NCBI GenBank assembly: GCA_947175775.1
Contig: CAMWNY010000001.1
Coordinates: forward strand, 1-32,277
DNA length: 32,277 nt
Direction: 5' to 3'
DNA from: an uncultured Lachnospiraceae bacterium
GTDB taxonomy: Bacteria; Bacillota; Clostridia; Lachnospirales; Lachnospiraceae
The translations under genes were made by a program, and so were the position numbers. The notes under the pieces were generated by a model. The model was not told the DNA's origin. It saw only the letters and a program-made list of their open reading frames with translations, and did not search any database. Positions 1 through 6,410 of this stretch are shown here, in pieces (position 1 is the stretch's first letter; every line of letters begins with the position of its first letter).

Positions 1-75
1 CCTCAACCTTGGAACTTTCGATAGTAGAAGAGCTTTCCTCAACCTTGGAACTTTCCACTGCAGAAGAACTTTCTT
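1..75 (-). repeat. 36-bp coding tandem repeat (12-aa Ser/Glu unit), truncated by the window edge
   Basis: cctcaaccttggaactttc occurs at 1-19 and 37-55 and encodes ESSSAVESSKVE/ESSSTIESSKVE on the minus strand. Confidence 0.85.
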
Positions 76-2554
76 CCTCAGGCAATTGTTCCCTTGTCAG
101 CACAATGCTTGTGCTCATGTTCTTCGGAAGCGTTGTGTACACTTTCCCGTTTTTATCATGCCAGTATGTCCCTTCCACATTCGGAAGTTCAGCACTCACT
201 TTTACATTCTTCGGTGTATGAATCAATACAAGCTGATTGCAGTCTTTAAACGTATTGAACATATTTGTCGCTTTGCCTGCGTCAAGCATACTTAAATCCG
301 CAGACCTTAAATTGACGCAGCCGCTAAAAAGCCTGTCAAGATATTGCGCCTCGTCCACATAAAGCGTTGCCGTTTTGATGTCTTTTGCATAATTGCGCTC
401 CATTAACCAAATCGGAGTGCCGTTGCCTGTTTGGCACGCGCCTTTTCCCATCACCTTCAGATTTCCGTTTTTGTCAATTTTATATGCAATATCCTTATAT
501 AAAAAGTGATGGTTTCCGTGTGCAATATCATCTTCGCGAAACGCCTCAATATAATAAATGTCGAGCTCGCCTTTCATCTCCTCATATGCGACCTGAAGCT
601 GTTTCTTTCCCGGTGTTGTGTTATCAATTTCATCAATATTCGACCAATAATGGCAGGTTCCAATCGTACGTTCCTTTTGATCTTCCATGAACGAGAAATA
701 CAGATATTCATCTGATGCAGGCTTTTGACCCGTCTCGAAAACATTTCCATGCTGGAAAGAGATTTCAGTACAGATTCTTGCAGGCTTCACGGTAATATCC
801 GATACTGCCGTAAAATTTTGGTAGGACACGATCAACTGCTTTGTACCGACAGTATTCATGTCAATGTCTTTGGCGTTTGTTGTATAGTCCGTGATTTCAG
901 TGTGTGTACCCGAAACTGACCAGGCAAACACATGCAGTTCGGACAGGTCGAGCGTTTCGCCAAGGTAATACGTATCTTTATCGTTCCTGACAGAAATCTT
1001 GGAACAGCTGTCAGCCCTCACCGTAATCTTTACAGTTGCCGATAGATCCTGCCATTTCACAATCAGGTCTTTCATACCTGCCGTTTTCATATTAATGCTT
1101 GCGGCGTTTGTCGAATAGCCTGATGTGATTTTTTTTGATGGATATATATTATTTGTGTATAGGAGCTCTACGCTTAGATCATCAACATTCAGTGTATCGC
1201 CGACAAAGTACTCTTTTTTTACCTTGGAAACATAAAGACTTTTGCCGATTACGGTCAGAGTAATTGTCTCGGTCTGTCCCTGATAAGAAATTTCCAAATA
1301 TTTGTTGCCTGCCGTATTCATGTCAATGTCTTTGGCGTTAGTTGTATAGTCCGTAGTAATCTTATGGTCTGTAACGCTGCCATTGTATAGCAGTGAAACG
1401 GTCAAATCGGAAAGATCAAGGGTATCACCGACAAAATATTCTGTTTTCCGTTTTTCCACCACAAGCTTTGGTCTCTGCTTTAAGTGAACACTTTCGTCCG
1501 TGTACCGCAAAAGTTCAGGGCAGATATGTCCTTCATCCGTAACCCATGTTCCCCGCAGTGGGATAGACAGATTTAGATTGCGGGGCGTTTTAAGCTCAAT
1601 CAGATTGTCGGAGTAAATCATGTTGTCAGCCTTCGTTACATTCCCCATATCAAAACCGCTTAAATCCAAAGAGGCGGCTCCAGTCTTATAAAACATCAGC
1701 TGCATATCCTTGACGTTTGTTGTCTTAAAATCTTTACCAAACGTAATTTCCTTCAGATTTTTGCAGAGGTAAAACATCTTATACATATCCGTGACATTTG
1801 TGGTGTTAAAGCTGCTCAAATTAATCTTTTCCAAGCTTTCGCACTCTGCAAACATTCTGGACATGTCTGTTGCCCTACTGGTATTCGTATTGCTCAAATC
1901 CACACTGGTCAGGTTTTTACAACCATAAAAACAATCCAAAAACAGCGTTGTGCCCGTTAAGGAAACGACTGCCGTTTTAATCTCATCCCGGTATTCATGC
2001 CATGGTGCAGCGAGCATATCGTCAGAACGACGTTCCAAAAATTCGCCGCTTCCGCGCACCACGAGTCTCCCGTTCGCATCAAGCGACCAGGAACCGATTC
2101 CTTCCTGCAGTTCTCCGCCGATAATGGGTTTTACTTCCAATCCACCAGAACCGTCAGAGGGGCGTTCGATTGTCAATCCGTTTGTCTGCTCCTCGGTATC
2201 AATGATTTCATCCACAAATGTTGTGTCTTCTTCTAATTCGATTTCTGTTTCTTCTGTACCAATCGTTTGGGCAGTGGTGATGCCTTCCTCTGATGCGGCA
2301 ATTGTTTCGGCGGCTTCGATTTCACCATCTGTTTCCTCTGTGTCAATTGTCCGCGCTGTCGCCTCCGGTACTTCTTCCAACACTTCTTCCACAAGCGTTT
2401 CGGACTCCATTTCCTCCAGCAGCTCCTCTGCACACTCTGCAGTCGCCGCCGCGTTTGCGGGCAGCTCCATGCCCGAAGAGAGCGTCGCCGCTGCAAGCAG
2501 CATACAAAACGCTTTTTTCACTTCTCTTTTCAACTTTCTGTTCAGACTACTCAT
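1..2554 (-). CDS. Secreted/cell-surface protein with BspA/DUF285-like leucine-rich repeats, about 4 bacterial Ig-like (Big_3-type) repeats and a Ser/Glu-rich repeat; 3' end lies outside the window (>=851 aa)
   Basis: Translated by hand: ATG at 2554 with GGAGG at 2561-2565, and no stop codon to the window edge. Signal peptide MSSLNRKLKREVKKAFCMLLAAATLSSGMELPANA, then an acidic linker. LRRs GCKNLTSVDLSNTNTSRATDMSRMFAECESLEKINLSSFNTTNVTDMYKMF. Ig repeats such as EYFVGDTLDLSDLTV...DYTTNAKDIDMNTAGNKYLEISYQG. A second LRR-like module (LFSGCVNLRSADLSMLD) precedes ESSSAVESSKVEESSSTIESSKVE. Confidence 0.9.
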   Translation of the reverse strand, partial: MSSLNRKLKREVKKAFCMLLAAATLSSGMELPANAAATAECAEELLEEMESETLVEEVLEEVPEATARTIDTEETDGEIEAAETIAASEEGITTAQTIGTEETEIELEEDTTFVDEIIDTEEQTNGLTIERPSDGSGGLEVKPIIGGELQEGIGSWSLDANGRLVVRGSGEFLERRSDDMLAAPWHEYRDEIKTAVVSLTGTTLFLDCFYGCKNLTSVDLSNTNTSRATDMSRMFAECESLEKINLSSFNTTNVTDMYKMFYLCKNLKEITFGKDFKTTNVKDMQLMFYKTGAASLDLSGFDMGNVTKADNMIYSDNLIELKTPRNLNLSIPLRGTWVTDEGHICPELLRYTDESVHLKQRPKLVVEKRKTEYFVGDTLDLSDLTVSLLYNGSVTDHKITTDYTTNAKDIDMNTAGNKYLEISYQGQTETITLTVIGKSLYVSKVKKEYFVGDTLNVDDLSVELLYTNNIYPSKKITSGYSTNAASINMKTAGMKDLIVKWQDLSATVKITVRADSCSKISVRNDKDTYYLGETLDLSELHVFAWSVSGTHTEITDYTTNAKDIDMNTVGTKQLIVSYQNFTAVSDITVKPARICTEISFQHGNVFETGQKPASDEYLYFSFMEDQKERTIGTCHYWSNIDEIDNTTPGKKQLQVAYEEMKGELDIYYIEAFREDDIAHGNHHFLYKDIAYKIDKNGNLKVMGKGACQTGNGTPIWLMERNYAKDIKTATLYVDEAQYLDRLFSGCVNLRSADLSMLDAGKATNMFNTFKDCNQLVLIHTPKNVKVSAELPNVEGTYWHDKNGKVYTTLPKNMSTSIVLTREQLPEEESSSAVESSKVEESSSTIESSKVE

Positions 2555-2619
2555 ATGAATCCTCCATTATTAAAGCAGCTATCAAGCAACAAAAAAACAG
2601 TTTCCAATGTTTCATAATT

Positions 2620-2720
2620 TATGCAGCCGAACCATCATAAGTGTATAATCAAGTGCTTATATTTCTATGACTTCATGCTTTGCGTCCATTCCTCACGAAA
2701 TGTTTGCCTTTTTTTACATA
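2620..2720 (-). ncRNA. Cyclic di-GMP-I (GEMM-I) riboswitch
   Basis: The minus strand reads AAAGGCAAA-CATTTC-GTGA-GGAATG-GACGCAAAGC-ATGAAGTCATAG...TTATGATGGTTCGGCTGCATA. This has the GGCAAA and GACGCAAAGC motifs, a P2 stem capped by a GNRA tetraloop, a P3 stem and a GCTGC end. It lies between a sigma70-like promoter and the RBS of the surface-protein gene. Confidence 0.85.
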
Positions 2721-2723
2721 AAA

Positions 2724-2752
2724 ATACTAACACATTTTTTTGCAATGTACAA
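2724..2752 (-). promoter_or_regulatory. Putative sigmaA promoter for the riboswitch/surface-protein transcript
   Basis: Minus strand TTGTAC-17 nt-TAGTAT with TG upstream of the -10; the predicted start coincides with the 5' end of the aptamer. Confidence 0.6.
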
Positions 2753-2824
2753 CTGTTTTTTTGGAAAAATATGTATGTGAACATAAACAATTGATTACCT
2801 GACAAATCCTTTGTTTATTTTCTG

Positions 2825-2853
2825 TTGAAAGTACCGAAAAGATGCGGTAAAAT
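2825..2853 (+). promoter_or_regulatory. Putative sigmaA promoter of the cobU-like gene
   Basis: TTGAAA-17 nt-TAAAAT. Confidence 0.55.
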
Positions 2854-2902
2854 AGCATGAAATATAGTATTTATCAATAAAAGCATAAAACGGAGGACAA
2901 GC

Positions 2903-3286
2903 ATGGATTTTATTATAGGCGGCTGTTGTCAGGGGAAATGGGAGTATGTGAAAAGACAATATGGTCTGACCGAGGACGACGTCATTTTTGCGGCGGATAT
3001 AAAAAATAACGAACTGTCAGGAAAATGCTGTCTTAGGGATTTCCATTTATACATCAGGCAGCTGATGGAGAGCGGACAGAATATAGAAGAAAACATATCC
3101 GGACTTTTTCAAAAAAATGACATTCGTGTCATAATTTCAAACGAAATCGGTTATGGAATTGTGCCTGTTGACGCTTCGCAGCGGGCATACAGGGAGGCGG
3201 TGGGAAGAGCCTCCTGTATGCTCGCTGCAAAGGCAAAAAAGGTTGTGCGGGTGATAAGCGGTATCGGTGTAGTCATTAAAGCATAA
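2903..3286 (+). CDS. cobU: Short adenosylcobinamide kinase/adenosylcobinamide-phosphate guanylyltransferase family protein (CobU/CobP-like)
   Basis: N-terminal P-loop-like IIGGCCQGK and the C-terminal family motif IISNEIGYGIVP...RAYREAVGRASCMLAAKAKKVVRVISGIG; GGAGG RBS; adjacent to cob genes. Confidence 0.8.
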   Translation: MDFIIGGCCQGKWEYVKRQYGLTEDDVIFAADIKNNELSGKCCLRDFHLYIRQLMESGQNIEENISGLFQKNDIRVIISNEIGYGIVPVDASQRAYREAVGRASCMLAAKAKKVVRVISGIGVVIKA

Positions 3287-3418
3287 TTACTTCGTAATCA
3301 TGGTAGTTCATGCCCATTCGGGCGAGTATAATGTCTATCGATATTATACTATAATTACTTCGTAATTATAGTAGTTCATGCCCATTCGGGCGAGTATAAT
3401 GTCGATAGACATTATATC
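3283..3418. repeat. Two tandem 68-bp copies of a triple-hairpin (REP/MITE-like) element
   Basis: Copy 1 is 3283-3350 and copy 2 is 3351-3418; they match at 61 of 68 positions. Each contains ATAATTAC-ttc-GTAAT(C/T)AT, GCCC-attc-GGGC and AGTATAATGTC-loop-GA(T/C)ATTATA. Confidence 0.9.
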
Positions 3419-3432
3419 ACAAAACCAAAGGT

Positions 3433-4161
3433 CTAAAGCCGATACCCCCGCCGCGTGACCATTTTGCCATTTACGATAACCGTCTGCGAGTTTCCGATAA
3501 ACACTGTCGTAAACATATTGACGGAAACCTCCCGAAGCTCCTTTAACGAATACAAGGAGCAGGTTTCCCCTTCGCGCCCGATTTGCTCGGCAATCCCGCA
3601 CACCGTATCTTCGGATGCATAGTCTAAAATCAAATCGCACGCTTTTTGCAAAAAATCATGCCTTCTGCGGCTTGACGGATTGTAAAGGCAGATAATCATG
3701 TCCGCCTGCGCCGCGGCGCGAATACGTTTTTCAATGGTTTCCCAAGGCGTCAGAAGGTCGCTTAAACTGATGACTGCAAAGTCCTGAATCAAAGGAGCGC
3801 CCAAAAGCGCCGCGCCGGAAACCGCGGCTGTAACGCCGCAGACAGGCTCTAAGGTGATGTCCGGATAGTCCTGTCCGACAACATGCATAAGCCCTGTCAT
3901 GCCGTACACGCCCGCGTCGCCGCTGCAGATTATGGCGACATTGTTTCCCTTTTTGGCTTCTTCAAAGCACATTTTACAACGCTTTGCCTCCTGTGTCATA
4001 GGCGTGGAAAGATAATTCTTTTCGGGAAAGTGCGGTTTTATCAAATCAACATACACCGGATAGCCGACAATGGTATCGCACTGTTCCAAAGTCCGGACTG
4101 CCTGTATTGTCATCTGCTCATAGCTGCCGGGACCAATCCCGACGATATATATTTTTTTCAT
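3433..4161 (-). CDS. cobJ: Precorrin-3B C17-methyltransferase (CobJ/CbiH)
   Basis: IYIVGIGPG, SGDAGVYGM, DFAVISLSDLLTPWETIEKR, LYNPSS and TRRGY motifs. Confidence 0.93.
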   Translation of the reverse strand: MKKIYIVGIGPGSYEQMTIQAVRTLEQCDTIVGYPVYVDLIKPHFPEKNYLSTPMTQEAKRCKMCFEEAKKGNNVAIICSGDAGVYGMTGLMHVVGQDYPDITLEPVCGVTAAVSGAALLGAPLIQDFAVISLSDLLTPWETIEKRIRAAAQADMIICLYNPSSRRRHDFLQKACDLILDYASEDTVCGIAEQIGREGETCSLYSLKELREVSVNMFTTVFIGNSQTVIVNGKMVTRRGYRL

Positions 4162-4180
4162 TCTGATAATAATGCCCCTT

Positions 4181-5332
4181 TCATAATAATGCTTTTTTCA
4201 AAGGAATCTGACTGATAAACGCTTGCGCACTGTCTGACATGGCAAGAACGCCGTGTATATTGGAAAACAGAATTGCTTCTATTTGAATATCCCAAATCCC
4301 TCCGCCCAAGCGCCGCCGCATATGTGCAAGCATTTTTTCCAGCGCAATTTTCATCGCCGCATCTAAAATATGGCGGTCTGTCAGGATTTGCAGCGCGTCG
4401 TCTGTCGTCGTACAATTTAAAATCCCGCGTGCCGTATCTGCGTTTGCCCCTGCAAGCAGCGCACACGCACTGAGCGTTTCCAGTCTTGCATCCGCCATGG
4501 ACGAATGTGTGTTCATTACGCCTGCGGCAACCTTAATCAGCTTCCCGATATGCCCAATCAGCAAAATTTGTGAAAACCCAAGCTCCAACGCCATATCAAG
4601 CGTCTCACCGATAAAATTACTGCATTTTACGCCCGCGTCCAAGTCAATCCCCCATGTCTCCAATGCAAACTGCTGACCGTAATTTCCGGGCGACAGCAGA
4701 AGCGTTTCATACCCAAGTGCCTTTTTCTGCTTTAATTCAAGCCGGATTGTATCGACAATCGCCCGCTCACTCATCGGTTCGACAATTCCGCTCGTGCCTA
4801 AAATGGAAATACCGCCCTCTATTCCAAGCCGTGGATTAAAGGTTTTCTTGGCAATTTCCACGCCCTTTGGCGCCGATATTACGACCTCCAAGCCGCCGTC
4901 ATACCCTGCTGCCGCAAGCTCGGCGAGCGCCTCTTTTTGAATCATTGCCCGCGGCACGCTGTTAATTGCCGCGCTCCCTACAGGCTGCTCTAATCCCGAA
5001 CGTGTGACCCTGCCGATACCGGTTCCGCCCTCAATCACAATTCCGCTGCCCGCACAGCGTCGCACTGTCGCATAAATCCGGATTTTGTCGGTGCAGTCCG
5101 CGTCGTCCCCCGCGTCCTTTTGCACGGCGCATACAGCGGTTGTATCACTAAGTGCAATATCCGATAATGAAAGCGTGACCGAAATCCCTTTCGGCGTGTC
5201 GATGCAGACGGACGAAATGCGCTGCCCTGTCAACAGCATACGCGCGGCAGCCTTTGCCGCTGCTGCCGCGCAGGTTCCGGTCGTGTACCCGCATCTTAGC
5301 TTTTTATGGTTTTTATAAACATATTCTTCCAT
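4181..5332 (-). CDS. cbiD: Cobalt-precorrin-5B C1-methyltransferase CbiD
   Basis: LRCGYTTGTCAAAAAKAA, KDAGDD, TFNPRLGIEGGISILGTSGIVEPMS and GHIGKLIK motifs. Start reassigned to ATG 5332, which follows a GGGAGGAG RBS. Confidence 0.95.
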   Translation of the reverse strand: MEEYVYKNHKKLRCGYTTGTCAAAAAKAAARMLLTGQRISSVCIDTPKGISVTLSLSDIALSDTTAVCAVQKDAGDDADCTDKIRIYATVRRCAGSGIVIEGGTGIGRVTRSGLEQPVGSAAINSVPRAMIQKEALAELAAAGYDGGLEVVISAPKGVEIAKKTFNPRLGIEGGISILGTSGIVEPMSERAIVDTIRLELKQKKALGYETLLLSPGNYGQQFALETWGIDLDAGVKCSNFIGETLDMALELGFSQILLIGHIGKLIKVAAGVMNTHSSMADARLETLSACALLAGANADTARGILNCTTTDDALQILTDRHILDAAMKIALEKMLAHMRRRLGGGIWDIQIEAILFSNIHGVLAMSDSAQAFISQIPLKKALL

Positions 5333-5396
5333 TGGAATAGAACTCCTCCCATGAATAAAAAGCAATAAACAGTTTACATGCAACCGCTTAAAAAAG

Positions 5397-5426
5397 TTGC
5401 AAGAGAAAGCCGCAGTATGATAAAAT
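5397..5426 (+). promoter_or_regulatory. Putative sigmaA promoter of the response regulator/kinase operon
   Basis: TTGCAA-18 nt-TAAAAT with extended -10 TG. Confidence 0.45.
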
Positions 5427-5519
5427 TATAGATACTTATAAAAAATGTGCAAAATGGCTTTTTTATATGTAAAAATAAATAAAAGCCGAACACCCCCAAA
5501 GGAGGATATCATAATTACC

Positions 5520-6398
5520 ATGAAAAAAAAGCTATTACTTATGGGAAACAACAAGCGTCTCATAACGGATTTTTTTATGCAGCTTGATTTTTATTTTGAC
5601 TGCGCAAGCACATCTCTTATCGCATCCGATTTGAGAATACATTATCAGTTTTTTCACCCGGATGCAATTGTTTTTTGTATGCAGGCGGAAAGCAGAGACA
5701 ATATAAACAGTGTGACAAAGTTTGTGGAAGGCGCACCCAAAAATGATAACGTCCCTTTCGTTGTGATTGCAGACGGCGGCGACTATGAATTTTTATGCAA
5801 AATGCCGGGAGGAAGGGCAGACCTTCGCATTGGTCCAAGTGCCACTGCTTCTGAAATGCAGACGGAAATCAACAATATCATCCTCCGCCATAAGAGCGAG
5901 AAATTAGACGGGACAAAAGCAGAGCCTGTACTTAACGATACGCTGGACACGCTTTCACAGCTTGACGAGCAGCTAAAAAAGCTGGAAAATGGCGATTTGG
6001 ATGTCAGTTTACCCGCAAGCCTGCTGTCAAGAGTTGCGCGTCCCCGAATTCTCGTCGTGGACGATTCTACGATTATCCATAAGGCAATCAAGGGCTATAT
6101 CGAGAAGGATTATGACATTTCCACGGCGATAAACGGAGCAGCCGCCCTGCGATTTCTTAAGACAAAGGAAGTCAATCTGATCCTTTTGGATTATGAAATG
6201 CCGGAAATGAACGGAGCGGAGGTGTTAAAAGCGCTGCGGGAAAATCCGCTTACGGCATCTATTCCCGTCATCTTTTTAACCGGAGTAAACGATACGGCAA
6301 AAATTCAAAAGGTTCTGCGCCTCAAGCCGGACGGATACCTTTTAAAGCCGATTGATAAAAATGTACTGCTCAGTAAAATCAAAGAAATATTAGGATAG
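5520..6398 (+). CDS. Response regulator: degenerate N-terminal receiver, coiled linker, intact C-terminal receiver; no DNA-binding domain
   Basis: C-terminal ILVVDDS...LILLDYEMP...IFLTG...YLLKP. Start ATG 5520 after GGAGG at 5501-5505. Confidence 0.85.
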   Translation: MKKKLLLMGNNKRLITDFFMQLDFYFDCASTSLIASDLRIHYQFFHPDAIVFCMQAESRDNINSVTKFVEGAPKNDNVPFVVIADGGDYEFLCKMPGGRADLRIGPSATASEMQTEINNIILRHKSEKLDGTKAEPVLNDTLDTLSQLDEQLKKLENGDLDVSLPASLLSRVARPRILVVDDSTIIHKAIKGYIEKDYDISTAINGAAALRFLKTKEVNLILLDYEMPEMNGAEVLKALRENPLTASIPVIFLTGVNDTAKIQKVLRLKPDGYLLKPIDKNVLLSKIKEILG

Positions 6399-6410
6399 GA
6401 GTGATACATT

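Noticed and set aside
1950-2558. 202-aa Ser-rich + strand ORF, and the other short + ORFs in 9-919
   Set aside because: Antisense shadows of the real minus-strand surface-protein gene; the Ser richness mirrors its Glu codons.
3283-3418. Possible CRISPR array
   Set aside because: Only two directly abutting 68-bp units, no unique spacers and no cas genes.
3344-3640. 98-aa minus-strand ORF
   Set aside because: Out-of-frame overlap with cobJ that runs into the repeat element; no RBS or recognisable motif.
5333-5519. Longer N-termini for cbiD (5383) and the response regulator (5445); possible cobalamin riboswitch
   Set aside because: RBS positions favour starts at 5332 and 5520. The region is AT-rich promoter DNA with no B12-box motif that I can recognise.
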